From Gaiella sp. (GTDB lineage: Bacteria > Actinomycetota > Thermoleophilia > Gaiellales > Gaiellaceae), in NCBI GenBank assembly GCA_035691005.1, contig DASSJV010000137.1, positions 1 through 61,174 of the forward strand: a stretch of 61,174 bases of DNA. The letters run 5' to 3'. A program made the translations under genes and the position numbers. The notes beneath the pieces were generated by a model, which was not told the DNA's origin, made no database searches, and saw only the letters and a program-made list of their open reading frames with translations. Of the stretch, positions 46,691 through 56,269 are shown in pieces (the first letter of the stretch is position 1; every line of letters begins with the position of its first letter).

Positions 46691-47137
46691 CTAGCCGGGG
46701 AACGCGAGATCCGTGTAGACCATCTCCCCCTTGAACTTGCGGACGACCGGATCCCAGGGAAAGAAGATCGCGTTGCGCCATTCGAGCTGCCGGCCGGTCG
46801 GCTCGTTGTCGAGCCAGCGGCCCTCGTGCGTCGCCGTGACGACCGCCTCCTCGCAGACGCCCTGCGGCCCGATCACGATGTAGTCGAGGTCGAAGTGGAT
46901 GTCGGGAAAGGCCGTGAGGAGCTCGGTGTAGAACCGCGTCGCGCCCTCGTGGCCCTCCCAGCGCGCGCCCGTGCCCGCGACCGTGTAGACGCAGTCCTCG
47001 GTCAGCGTCGCGATGAGGCCGGGCAGGTCGCGGTTGTCCTCTGCGATCGAGTGGGCCTTCCACAGCTCGCGGATCGCCTCGTGCTCGGCCGGATCGGCCG
47101 GCCGATGGAGCAGCTCGAGGATGCGTTCGCTCGCCAC
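46691..47137 (-). CDS. SnoaL-like ester cyclase family protein
   Basis: AFPDIHF, THEG, PTGR motifs; GGAGGT RBS. Confidence 0.8.
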   Translation of the reverse strand: MASERILELLHRPADPAEHEAIRELWKAHSIAEDNRDLPGLIATLTEDCVYTVAGTGARWEGHEGATRFYTELLTAFPDIHFDLDYIVIGPQGVCEEAVVTATHEGRWLDNEPTGRQLEWRNAIFFPWDPVVRKFKGEMVYTDLAFPG

Positions 47138-47188
47138 GACGACCTCCGTTCGGCGGTGGACCGGTGCGCGCGAGTCTATGCCGTCGGC

Positions 47189-47446
47189 TCAGGACGGGAC
47201 GACGAGGAGCTGACCCGGGACGAGTGTCGCGGACGCCAGATGGTTCCGCTGCTCGAGCTTCCAGATCCCCTCACGCGGATCACCGCCGTAGCTGCGTTCC
47301 GCGATCGACCAGAGCGTGTCTCCCGCTTTCACCCGGTAGTGCCGCTCCGGCCCACCGGCACCGCTCTCACCGGCGAAGAGCGCCCAGAGAAAGAGCACTG
47401 CCACGACGAGGGCTCCGATGCGGACGAGAGTCGATCGAGCGAACAT
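47189..47446 (-). CDS. Membrane-anchored LysM protein (YneA/ChiZ-like SOS cell-division inhibitor)
   Basis: One TM segment plus YRVKAGDTLWSIA...N.L...LVPGQLL LysM; SOS boxes over its promoter and start. Confidence 0.82.
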   Translation of the reverse strand: MFARSTLVRIGALVVAVLFLWALFAGESGAGGPERHYRVKAGDTLWSIAERSYGGDPREGIWKLEQRNHLASATLVPGQLLVVPS

Positions 47447-48932
47447 CTGTTCCCATGCTGCCAGAACACGTGTTCGATGTCAAGCAGCGAGGGACGCTTC
47501 GCACGAGCGTGGTCCGGCGCACGGGATTGGCCGCCGCCTCGAGTGTGAGCGCGAGCGTCTGCCGACCTACCGGCCTCGGCAGGCGAAGGGTCGCCGGGCG
47601 GTTCGCCTGGATCCGGAGGACGGCGCACGACGCTCGTCCCGGCGATCGGCGCGCCGCGAGCAACCGGCGCGCGCCCGACGCGCTGTGCGTGCCGGGGAGC
47701 AGGCATGCCTTCGCGGAGGCGTCCTCGCCCGTGCTCAGCCCAACCACCACAGACACGCGGCCGACCCGTACGCGTGGGCTCGACGCACCGAGGACGGCGC
47801 CGGCCGGGCGCCAGGGGGCCTGCGCGCTCGCGCAGGGCCCGATCGCGTCGCGCACGGCCTCTAGCGCCGGGCGCCGCGACCCGTCGACGCGCAGCAGGCC
47901 CGCCTGGAACCCGGTGCGCAGCGCGTCGTCGCGGAAGCCGAACAGGTTCACCGCGGCCACGTCCGGATCGCACTGGGCGGCGCGCACGAGTTGTGCGTAG
48001 ACGGTGGCCTGGGTCTCCTCGTCGGTCACCTCGACGTTCTCGTCGCCCGTGTATCCGCCGAACGCCGTGGTGTCGACCTGCCACCCGATCTCGTCGAGGT
48101 AGAGCCGCAGCCCGTCCACGGTCGTCGGCTGCGGCGTCCCCTCGAACGCGTCCCAGAGGGCCTGCTTGACGCGGTCGAGGTTGACGAACCCGGCGTTCGG
48201 CCAGGCGTAGCCCCGCTCGAGCGGGTCGGTCGCACGGTTCGGGTACGGGTGGAAGCTGAGCCCGTCCATCAGGGGCCGGTCGCGGCCGCTCGCCCGGTAC
48301 CACGAGCCGAGCGCCGAGAGGAACCGCACCGGCGACGTCGAGACGTTGCTGCGCGCGAACGGACGGTCGTTGCCGCGCGGCGAGAGGCCGACGCCGACGA
48401 CCGTCAGCGTCGGGTCGACGGCCTTGAGGGCGTCGTAGCCCGCGGCGAGGAACGGCCCGAACGACGACGCCGACGCCGGAGCCGCGCCGGAGAACTGCGG
48501 GCGCCAGAAGGCGGGCTGGTTCGGCTCGTTGCCGACGACGAACTCGCGCACCTCCGGGTACCGGCGCGCGAGCTCCGCGAGCCAGGCGCCGAAGGCGTCG
48601 GGGCGCGCCCGACCGTCCAAGAGCTCGCGCGGCGGGTACGGGTAGGCCGCGAAGACGACCTCGAGCCCCGCGTCGCGGGCCGCCGCCACCGTGAGATCGA
48701 GCAGCGGCCGCTCGCCGAGGCCGAGGGGGTCGCTCGGGAGCCAGCGGACCGTGATCACCGTCTCCCGCATCCCGATCGACGCCATCTCCCGGTAGAGCGA
48801 CGCGCCTGCATCGGGCGCGAACTTCCCTCCGTCGTCGTTGGCCCCGATGTCGGCGGCAGCGGCCGTGGACGTGCATGCGAGCGCGAAGACGACCATCGCC
48901 GTCACGACGCGCGCAACCCCCACCGACCCCAT
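47367..48932 (-). CDS. Secreted glycoside hydrolase, clan GH-A-like TIM barrel
   Basis: Signal peptide, VGNEPN acid/base, SFHPY, YLDEIGW nucleophile; start uncertain (48932/48905). Confidence 0.72.
   Translation of the reverse strand: MGSVGVARVVTAMVVFALACTSTAAAADIGANDDGGKFAPDAGASLYREMASIGMRETVITVRWLPSDPLGLGERPLLDLTVAAARDAGLEVVFAAYPYPPRELLDGRARPDAFGAWLAELARRYPEVREFVVGNEPNQPAFWRPQFSGAAPASASSFGPFLAAGYDALKAVDPTLTVVGVGLSPRGNDRPFARSNVSTSPVRFLSALGSWYRASGRDRPLMDGLSFHPYPNRATDPLERGYAWPNAGFVNLDRVKQALWDAFEGTPQPTTVDGLRLYLDEIGWQVDTTAFGGYTGDENVEVTDEETQATVYAQLVRAAQCDPDVAAVNLFGFRDDALRTGFQAGLLRVDGSRRPALEAVRDAIGPCASAQAPWRPAGAVLGASSPRVRVGRVSVVVGLSTGEDASAKACLLPGTHSASGARRLLAARRSPGRASCAVLRIQANRPATLRLPRPVGRQTLALTLEAAANPVRRTTLVRSVPRCLTSNTCSGSMGTDVRSIDSRPHRSPRRGSALSLGALRR
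47440..47483 (-). promoter_or_regulatory. Sigma-A promoter with two LexA (SOS) boxes
   Basis: TTGACA-17nt-CAGCAT on the minus strand; GAAC-N4-GTTC boxes at 47440-47453 and 47463-47476. Confidence 0.8.
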
Positions 48933-49011
48933 TCGCCGCAGTCCTCGCCCTCGCTGTCCCCCCCGCCCCGGCTTGGAGCGGGCGCCGATCCTAACCCATC
49001 GACGACGGGGG

Positions 49012-50040
49012 TCAACCCGTCACGGCGAGCACCGCGTCGAGGAGGGACTCCGAGCCGTCGCGTACGGGATCGGCGGCCGGCAGACCGGTGTCCCGCGCGG
49101 CCTCTGCGACCGCGGCCGCCGCCGCCTCTTCGACGAGACCCGCGGTGTTGAGCGCGACGGCGGCCACCCGCGCCGGACGCGCGGGCAGCGACATCCGCTC
49201 GTGCAGCTCGACCAGCTCGGGGAGGGATGGCAACGGGTGGCCCGGATAGCCCTCGACCTCGGTCGTGCCCGCCCGATGGCAGAGGACGAGCGCGTGCGGA
49301 GCCGACCCGTGGAAGAGGCCGAGCGTGACCCCGGAGTACGCCGGGTGGACGAGCGAGCCCTGGCCCTCGACCCACAGGAGGTCGCCGCCGCGACGATGCC
49401 CCTCGACGACGAGCCGCTCGGTCGCACCGGCGAGGAAGTCGGCGACCACCGCGTCGACCGAGATCCCCCACCCTGCGATTGCGATCCCGGTCTGGCCGGT
49501 CGGCACGAACACCGAGGCGATGCCGCGGGCACGCGCGGCCCGGTCTAGCTCGAGCGCGACGGTCATCTTCCCGATCGCGCAGTCGGAGCCGACGGTCAGC
49601 ACGATGCGCGCCGGAACCTCCAGGTTCTCGCCCGTCGGGCAGTCGAGGCCCTCGGGCGGGCGGCGCAGATCACGGAGCTCGACGCCGTGCTCGTCGGCGA
49701 GCGGTTTCAGCTCCGGATCGTCTCCGAGCATCTGGTGGAGGCCGTTCTCGATCGCGAGACCGGCGCGGACGCACTCCGCGAGGATCGCGCGCCATGCGTC
49801 CGGGAAGCGACCGCCCTGCGTCGCGACGCCGACGAGCGCGACGCGCGGCTCGTGCTCGAGCGCGGCGGCGACGTCGCCCACGACGGGGATGCCCTGCTCT
49901 GTCTCGCCTGCGCGCTCGGAATCGAGGATCGCCACGACGTCCTCGCGCCGGTAGCGGAGGACGCCGCGCATGGTCTTGCCGTAGTGCGTGTCCGTCGAGA
50001 AGCCCTCGGCGAGGATCAGGGTGGGCTCACCCGCAGCCAA
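49012..50040 (-). CDS. DUF1611 family protein (DgcN-like)
   Basis: GKT, NGLH, TVGSDCAIGKMT, PTGQTG, VEGQGS; TTG start with GAGG upstream. Confidence 0.88.
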   Translation of the reverse strand: MAAGEPTLILAEGFSTDTHYGKTMRGVLRYRREDVVAILDSERAGETEQGIPVVGDVAAALEHEPRVALVGVATQGGRFPDAWRAILAECVRAGLAIENGLHQMLGDDPELKPLADEHGVELRDLRRPPEGLDCPTGENLEVPARIVLTVGSDCAIGKMTVALELDRAARARGIASVFVPTGQTGIAIAGWGISVDAVVADFLAGATERLVVEGHRRGGDLLWVEGQGSLVHPAYSGVTLGLFHGSAPHALVLCHRAGTTEVEGYPGHPLPSLPELVELHERMSLPARPARVAAVALNTAGLVEEAAAAAVAEAARDTGLPAADPVRDGSESLLDAVLAVTG

Positions 50041-51031
50041 GGCCGGCCTCGTCGGAGGGCACCTGCACCCCGTCGCGGAGCACGGGGCCGGGCACGGGGT
50101 CGTGCGCGAGCAGGAGGTTGCCGTCGAGGTCGACGTGGTCGCAGAGCGGCGCGACGACACAGCCCGCGGCGATCCCGAGCCCCGACTCGATCATGCAGCC
50201 GAGCATCACCCCGAGCCCGAGCGCCCGGGCTGCATGGGCCATGCGGATCGCCTCGCGAATGCCTCCGGACTTCGCGAGCTTGATCGTGATGCCGTGCGCG
50301 ATCTCGGCGCAGCCTGGGACGTCGGCGAGCGTGTGACAGTCCTCGTCGACGTAGATCGGCACGGGCGAGCGCCGGCGGAGCTCCGCGCCTTCCGGGTCGC
50401 CTTGCCGGAGCGGCTGCTCGACGTACTGGACGCCGAGCGAGGCGAGCTCGGCGCACGCGTCGAGCGCCTCGTCGAGCGACCACCACTCGTTCACGTCGAC
50501 CTGCAGCGGCAGGTCGGCGACGCTTCGTACCGCGCGGACGCGCTCCACGTCGCGCCCGTCTCCGCCGCCGAGCTTCAGCTTGAGCCTCCGGAACCGCGCG
50601 GCAGCGCGTTCCGCCCGACGCGCCATGTCGTCGGGGTCGCCGAGCCACACGGTCCACGATGTCGGCGGCCCCTCGCGCGGAAGGCCGAGCACCCGCCGCA
50701 CGGGCACGCCGAGCAGCTTCCCTTGCAGGTCGTGGAGCGCCGCGTCGAGCGCGGCCTTCGCGGCCTGCTCGCCGGGGATCTCGGCGAGGCGGTCGCCGAT
50801 CTCCTCGAGCGCGAACGGATCGTCGCCGACGACGTCGCCGTGGCGCTCGAGGAACGCGAGCGCGGACGCCGCGGTCTCCTCGTAGCGCCCGATCGGCGCT
50901 GCCTCGCCGCGCCCGACGACCCCGTCGTGCGTCAGCGTCACGTGGACGACGTCGGCCCAGTCCTGCGACTCGCGGCTGATCACGAACGTCTCCGCGAGGT
51001 CGAGCCGGACGATCTCTGCGCGCACCTCCAT
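50027..51031 (-). CDS. Dipeptide epimerase (enolase superfamily, DgcA/AEE-like)
   Basis: KLKLG, VDVNE, EQP, VDED, IKLAKSGG, MLGCMIES, DLDG. Confidence 0.9.
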   Translation of the reverse strand: MEVRAEIVRLDLAETFVISRESQDWADVVHVTLTHDGVVGRGEAAPIGRYEETAASALAFLERHGDVVGDDPFALEEIGDRLAEIPGEQAAKAALDAALHDLQGKLLGVPVRRVLGLPREGPPTSWTVWLGDPDDMARRAERAAARFRRLKLKLGGGDGRDVERVRAVRSVADLPLQVDVNEWWSLDEALDACAELASLGVQYVEQPLRQGDPEGAELRRRSPVPIYVDEDCHTLADVPGCAEIAHGITIKLAKSGGIREAIRMAHAARALGLGVMLGCMIESGLGIAAGCVVAPLCDHVDLDGNLLLAHDPVPGPVLRDGVQVPSDEAGLGCG

Positions 51032-51101
51032 CGGGTGCGAGCCTACTGCCGGCGCCGAGGGCCGACGCGGGAATGTGCTCGTCTACACTGACCGCTTCCC
51101 C

Positions 51102-51174
51102 GCGCCCGTAGCTCAGGGGATAGAGCGCGCGCCTCCGGAGCGCGAGGTCGAAGGTTCGATTCCTTCCGGGCGCA
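51102..51174 (+). tRNA. tRNA-Arg(CCG), CCA not encoded
   Basis: GCGCCCG acceptor stem, TAGCTCAG D-arm, anticodon stem CGCGC-CTCCGGA-GCGCG, GGTTCGATTCC T-arm. Confidence 0.96.
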
Positions 51175-51195
51175 TGGCGGCGCACGCTGCGTGGC

Positions 51196-51969
51196 TCACA
51201 GCCGGAGACGGAACGTCCGTGCGAGCGCCGGCCCCTCCTGCGAGGTGGCAACGGCGACCCGCGCCGTAGCGGGCCCGCGCAGCCGCCGGCGGAGCAGGAA
51301 CCGCACCACGCCCCTCGTGTGTGGCCGAAGCTCGCGAGGCGCCCCACGCAGCGTCAGGCGCACGTGCGCGCGCCGGAGGGTGACGCGGATGGCACCACGG
51401 GCGAACGACTCGGTCACGTTCCCGCGGTTCGCGAGGACGAGCTCGAGGACCCGCGCGTGACGCAGACGGTGCACGCGAAGCTGACGGACGACCACGCGCC
51501 GCACGACGCGGCCGGGTGCCCGCACGACGACGACCACCCCGATGCGCACCCGGACGGCGACGCCGGCCCCGCGCACGGGCCGCGTGGCGAGGAGCACCAG
51601 CGCATCGTGGTCGCCCGGCTCCGTCCGCCGGGGGAGCCGTGACGCGACGGTCAGCAGCCTGCTCCCGCCGGGCGGGAGCACGAACCGCGTGGGGCTCACG
51701 GCAAGCCAGGCCGCTGCCGCGCGGTCGTGCCGCCGCGGCGCCACGTGCGGACGCCCGCGCAGGTCGAGCGAGAACCCCGTCCGGCCGACGTCGACGACGA
51801 GCGCACGTGCCCCCGGGTTCGCGACCCGCACGGTCGCACGATCCGTCCCGGCGAGCGCGACGTGCGCGGGCGTCGCGGTGAGCGCGAGCGCGGGCCGCGC
51901 GGCGCCCGCGCCCGCCGAGGCGGGCACGAGCGCCGGAGCGACCAGCAGGAGCCCGAGCAGGCGTCTCAC
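51196..51969 (-). CDS. Secreted beta-sandwich protein (PapD-like / WxL-partner-like)
   Basis: Signal peptide; VRVANPG, WLAV.P.RF.LPPG, EPGDH, NRGNV patterns; GTGA-coupled to the upstream gene. Confidence 0.6.
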   Translation of the reverse strand: MRRLLGLLLVAPALVPASAGAGAARPALALTATPAHVALAGTDRATVRVANPGARALVVDVGRTGFSLDLRGRPHVAPRRHDRAAAAWLAVSPTRFVLPPGGSRLLTVASRLPRRTEPGDHDALVLLATRPVRGAGVAVRVRIGVVVVVRAPGRVVRRVVVRQLRVHRLRHARVLELVLANRGNVTESFARGAIRVTLRRAHVRLTLRGAPRELRPHTRGVVRFLLRRRLRGPATARVAVATSQEGPALARTFRLRL

Positions 51970-53060
51970 CGACCGATCACCGTGAACGTGACGGTTGTCG
52001 TGTAGTGACCGGCGGGCACGGCCGGGAGCGGCGAGACGAAGCCGAGGCGCGTGTCCCAGACGTCTCCCACTCCGGAGCTCGCGGACACGGTCGTGCCGAC
52101 GAGCAGGTCGGGCGCAGGGACGACCGGCACCGCAGCCATCGCCCCGCCGGCGAGCCCTCCGCCGATTTGACCGCCCGTCGGCGCGCTGCCCGCGATGCCG
52201 AGCGGGAGGTCGGCCGGGCTGAAGGCAGCGCGGTGCACCGTGAGCGAGTAGCCCGCCGAGCCGTTGCTCGCGACCGTGACCTTCTCCGAGACCGGCGCCG
52301 GCGTGCTCCCGGCCGTCGCGTTCCCGAAGCTGACGGCCGGCCGCTCGAGCGAGATCGAGAGCACCGGCTGGACGTCCACGTCCACCGTCGCGCCCGCCGA
52401 GACCGAGCCCACCGGCGGCGGCTCTGAGCCGCACACGGTCGCGGCGCTCGCGGTGTTGCGCGGCACCGGGGTTGCCGCGGAGAAGTCGGCGCCGTTGTCG
52501 TCGGTGTCCACGCAGCCGTCGAGCCCCCGTGCGGCGGCGGTCGTGTTGTCGATCGCCGCGGCCGCACCGGTGCCCTCGTAGTCCGCCGCGCCGCCGTAGC
52601 CCACGAGGTCGGCGACGGAGCCCGTGCTCGCGCAGCTGCCGGCGGAGGCGCCGCACGCGAGGAGCGTCGCGTCCCGGACGACGGCGACCTTGCCCCCGGA
52701 GACGGCGAGGTTCGTCGTGCCGGTGGCGTCCGCCGTCGGCAAGGCGGCACCGACCGCGCCGGACGCGAGCTGCACGAGGTAGTGGCGACCCGGTCCGACC
52801 GACCCGGCGAGCGGCGTCGCCTGCCACGTCGTACCCGCTGCGGACGCGTACTGGATCGTCCAGCCGCTGACGTCGACCGAGGCCGAGCCTCGGTTGAAGA
52901 GCTCGACGAAGTCGTTCACGAACGGTGCGCCGGCATTGCCGCCGCCGGCGTAGACCTGGCTGATGACGAGATCCGGCGACGCGCTGTGCGCCGCCGGGAC
53001 GCCGAGCGTCGCCACGCCGACGAGAAGGGCGAGGAGGAAGACGACAAGGGCTCGAGGCAT
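51966..53060 (-). CDS. Secreted lamin-tail-domain protein with C-terminal pilin/WxL-like domain
   Basis: Signal peptide; LVISQVYAGGGN...DFVELFN...SGWTIQY (LTD); ends PAGHYTTTVTFTV. Confidence 0.75.
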   Translation of the reverse strand: MPRALVVFLLALLVGVATLGVPAAHSASPDLVISQVYAGGGNAGAPFVNDFVELFNRGSASVDVSGWTIQYASAAGTTWQATPLAGSVGPGRHYLVQLASGAVGAALPTADATGTTNLAVSGGKVAVVRDATLLACGASAGSCASTGSVADLVGYGGAADYEGTGAAAAIDNTTAAARGLDGCVDTDDNGADFSAATPVPRNTASAATVCGSEPPPVGSVSAGATVDVDVQPVLSISLERPAVSFGNATAGSTPAPVSEKVTVASNGSAGYSLTVHRAAFSPADLPLGIAGSAPTGGQIGGGLAGGAMAAVPVVPAPDLLVGTTVSASSGVGDVWDTRLGFVSPLPAVPAGHYTTTVTFTVIGR

Positions 53061-53259
53061 GGTGCTCCAATCGGTCGATGACGTGTCGACCGTCGTTGAT
53101 ACTTCGTTGTCAGCTCTGGCGATAGGGCGGATCGCCCCGCCGGCGCACAAACGGCACGAAGAGGACACGAAGACGTCCGATCCGGCAGACGGGCAGACGC
53201 AGGCAGGCGGACTAGAATGGCGAACATGACGCCGACGACCGACGACCCGCTCAGTCCCC

Positions 53260-54249
53260 ATGCCGAGCCTGCCCCGCATCCGCAGGAGCACCCGGCCGCG
53301 CGCGGGCGCGGACGACGTCGCACGCACCGCTCAGGTCGCTGAGCTCACCGCGGCCGGGCTCACCTGGGTCAACGCCTTCGCTGCGGACCTGAGCACCGCT
53401 CAGACGCTCGCGGAGCGCTTCGGCTGGCACCCCCTCGACGTCGAGGACATCGTCTCGAAGCGCCAGCGGCCGAAGGTCGACGACTACGAGGAGGACGGGT
53501 ACCTCTTCGCCGTCCTCCACTTTCCCGTCTACGACAAGACCGTCCAGCGGCTCAACGCGGCCGAGCTGGACGTCTTCATCGGGCACGACTACCTCGTGAC
53601 GCTGCCGACCCGGGAGCTTCTCCCGGTCACCCGGCTGTTCGCGCGCTGCGAGAGCGACCAGGCCTATCGCGAGCAGCTCTTCGCCAAGGGCTCGGGGCGG
53701 CTCCTCTACGAAGTGCTCGACGACCTCTTCGACTACTGCTTCCCGATCCTCGACAAGATCGGCCACAAGCTCGACACGATCGAGGACGATATGTTCGAGG
53801 GCGCCGCCGAAGACGTCGTGCGCGACATCTCGAACGTGAAGCAGGAGATCATCTCCTACCGCAAGGTGATCAAGCCCGAGCGCTCCACCTTGCGCGTGCT
53901 CGAGCGCCGCGTCGCGCGCTTCCTCCCCGAGGAGCTCGAGCTCTACTTCGACGACATCAACGACGCGGTCGAGCGGATCTGGGACCAGCTCGACAACTAC
54001 AAGGAGGTCGTGGAGGCGCTCGAGTCGACGAACGAGTCGGTCATCTCGCATCGCCAGAACGACGTCCTCCGCCTGCTGACGATCATCAGCGTGACGATGC
54101 TGCCGCTGACGCTCCTCACGGGGATCTTCGGCATGAACGTCGTCTATCCCGGCGAGGCGACGAGCACCGCCTTCTGGATCATCCTGGCGGCCCTCGTGGT
54201 CACCCTGGCCGGGATGCTCGGCTTCTTCCGCTGGAAGCGCTGGCTCTAG
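53260..54249 (+). CDS. corA: CorA-family Mg2+/Co2+ transporter
   Basis: HPLDVED, QRPKVD, LTIIS...LPLT...GIFGMN signature, two C-terminal TMs. Confidence 0.94.
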   Translation: MPSLPRIRRSTRPRAGADDVARTAQVAELTAAGLTWVNAFAADLSTAQTLAERFGWHPLDVEDIVSKRQRPKVDDYEEDGYLFAVLHFPVYDKTVQRLNAAELDVFIGHDYLVTLPTRELLPVTRLFARCESDQAYREQLFAKGSGRLLYEVLDDLFDYCFPILDKIGHKLDTIEDDMFEGAAEDVVRDISNVKQEIISYRKVIKPERSTLRVLERRVARFLPEELELYFDDINDAVERIWDQLDNYKEVVEALESTNESVISHRQNDVLRLLTIISVTMLPLTLLTGIFGMNVVYPGEATSTAFWIILAALVVTLAGMLGFFRWKRWL

Positions 54250-54286
54250 GAGAAACGGCTCGGGCAAAGAGCTCGAGCCGTTTCTC
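54250..54286 (+). terminator. Hairpin after the corA stop (probable terminator)
   Basis: GAGAAACGGCTCGGGC-AAAGA-GCTCGAGCCGTTTCTC, 16-bp stem with one G-U pair. Confidence 0.6.
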
Positions 54287-54609
54287 TACCGGACCTTTCC
54301 ACTCGGTGCTTGGTCCTACCGCCGGTAATAGCCGACGCCACCGAACAGCGCCAAGACGATCAAGACGATGAGAAGAATCCAGAGCAAACTCACGAAGCTC
54401 ACCTCCCTCGAATTCAGGTCGAGAACAGCGGCGGCGGCTCGTCGATCGGTCCCGGCCAGTCAGCTTTGTAGCCGTCACCATCACGCTCTCGGTCGGCCAC
54501 GTCGCGGCCTGCTTCTCGAGAGACCGAGCCGGCCGCGGCCGCCTGCAGGTCGTCGGGCGAGCGTCCGACGGGGTGTTCATGCGTGACGCTCGCCCGCGAC
54601 TCCATCCCG

Positions 54610-54816
54610 CTAGACGGTTGTCGTGCGACTTTCGGTGCGGCTGCCGAAGCCGCCCCAACTCGACCAGAAGACGAGTGAAAGCAACGCTCCGACACAACCG
54701 ACGACCAGCAGGATCACACCCACAGCCGTGAGGTCGACGCCCGAAACCGATACGTCAACCGCCCAGATGAGGATCGCACCTGCCGCGGCCAGAATCAGAC
54801 TAACGCCGATACCCAT
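54610..54816 (-). CDS. Small two-TM membrane protein (DUF6458-like)
   Basis: MGIGVSLIL.A.GAIL.WAV...VG.IL..VG pattern; AGGAGGT RBS. Confidence 0.78.
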   Translation of the reverse strand: MGIGVSLILAAAGAILIWAVDVSVSGVDLTAVGVILLVVGCVGALLSLVFWSSWGGFGSRTESRTTTV

Positions 54817-55377
54817 TCCGAACCTCCTACGGTTAGGTGGCCGGTCATACCCCGGGCGTACCGCCCTCAACCCTCCGCGGCGGCAGTTCATTCCGAAGAC
54901 TTCGCGTCATCGATGCTGTTCGGCGCACCGGTGGTCGAAGTCGGTTGGGCGGGCACAACGTGACATGCGGGCGCCGCATCGGCGGTTGCGTTCGCAACTG
55001 GCGTCGAAAGTCGCGGCGGGGTTGGCGGTCCGTGTTTGGTGCGGCCCGATCCTTCCGAGGGAGTGCGATCTTGGGCATGTCGAACGACGGCGTTGGCCCG
55101 CGGGCGTATTCGAGTCCGGAGCATTCCGCTGGAACCGCGCCACTGCCTCGAGGAACGGGAACAGAAAGCCGAGGCCGCATATCGCCGGCTACGTGGCCAA
55201 CGGGCGGTTCGCGCTCGAGGGCGCGGCGCACACCGCGAAGGTGTCGTGCCGGGGTGTCCGGCTGGCTGATCCGCACCGACCGAGAGTGGATGCCGGGCGA
55301 GGACGGGCCGGTGCATCACCGGCCGCCGGGCCCCCGTACTCGACAAGCCCTCGGAGCCTCGGGCTTTGAGCGGCTGG

Positions 55378-55593
55378 CTAGGCGACCTCGACCTGTGCGT
55401 CCGTCGACACGGCCGTTCTCGGCGCTCGACGGAGAAGAACGACGGCCGCGTCCTGGGTGTCCGCGTCGATCGACGCGACGATCCATTCCTGGCCACCCCG
55501 TCTGACGATCGCGCCGACGTCGGGCACGGTGCCCGGCGTTTGCCACTCGCTGGTGCCGTCGGAGAAACGGAGCAACAGACGGTCGGCTTTCAC
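55378..55593 (-). CDS. Small hypothetical protein
   Basis: AGGAGGAGG RBS before GTG; beta-rich sequence. Confidence 0.6.
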   Translation of the reverse strand: MKADRLLLRFSDGTSEWQTPGTVPDVGAIVRRGGQEWIVASIDADTQDAAVVLLRRAPRTAVSTDAQVEVA

Positions 55594-55710
55594 TGTCCCC
55601 TCCTCCTGCGATCCGGGCACCATTGCTCCCGATCGGTTGACGGCGTAAGGAGCGAAGCTGTCGATCGTCTCGAAATGTACTCCGATCCCGTGGCCCGTCA
55701 ATTGGACGGG

Positions 55711-55962
55711 CTAGGCGGGATTCTCGTCGTGTCGACCGGTATTCGCCTGGAGTGCATCCCGAAGGGGCCGGAGCAGATCTGGACAGTGAGCGAGCACAGA
55801 GAGGATCGCGGCTTCCTCCCCCGGGGCGAGCTTCATCTCGTCCCAGTCTGCGTCGAGGGCAAGGCCGACGTCGTCGGCCAGCCGGGTCTGGCCGGCACGT
55901 TGAAGGCAACGCGCCAGCAACGCGACGGCGCTCGCCGACAGAAACACACCGGAGACGAGCAT
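55711..55962 (-). CDS. Small hypothetical protein
   Basis: GGGGAG RBS; helical, protein-like composition. Confidence 0.55.
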   Translation of the reverse strand: MLVSGVFLSASAVALLARCLQRAGQTRLADDVGLALDADWDEMKLAPGEEAAILSVLAHCPDLLRPLRDALQANTGRHDENPA

Positions 55963-56269
55963 TTCGATTGGCTACTCCCCAAGCTGCGAGACTCGCAAAC
56001 GGCCTCACCGGCCCGGCGCATGGGCAAGAGTCCACAATCTTCCCTGCATCTGGCACTATTTTGGTGTCGTCTCCGTGCGGGAGGCGGCGTTCCGCCCCGG
56101 AGCGTCGTTCCCAATCCCTCCCCCGAGGGCAGCGCGCTCCGGGGCGCATCCCGTTCGTGCCGAAGCGTCGTTCGGTTCTCGCTGGGCGATCTACGGCCGA
56201 GTCTGCTTGCGCGCGAGAAGTGCCGCGGCGCCGGTTGCATCGCCCAACGAGCGGCGTACTCTCTTTGGG

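Noticed and set aside
48902-49015. Possible fifth bridging ORF between DUF1611 and the glycoside hydrolase (TTGA to GTGA)
   Set aside because: Lacks RTGAGC ends, contains its own TTGACC/TAGGAT promoter, and the hydrolase start is uncertain; likely chance
53072-53092. CGGTCGA-N7-TCGACCG inverted repeat upstream of the lamin-tail gene
   Set aside because: A 7-bp stem is expected by chance at this GC content and no second copy was seen
54200-55505. Overlapping ORFs 54200-54697, 54414-54695, 54623-55369 and 54837-55505
   Set aside because: No recognisable motifs or initiation signals; cannot be supported as genes
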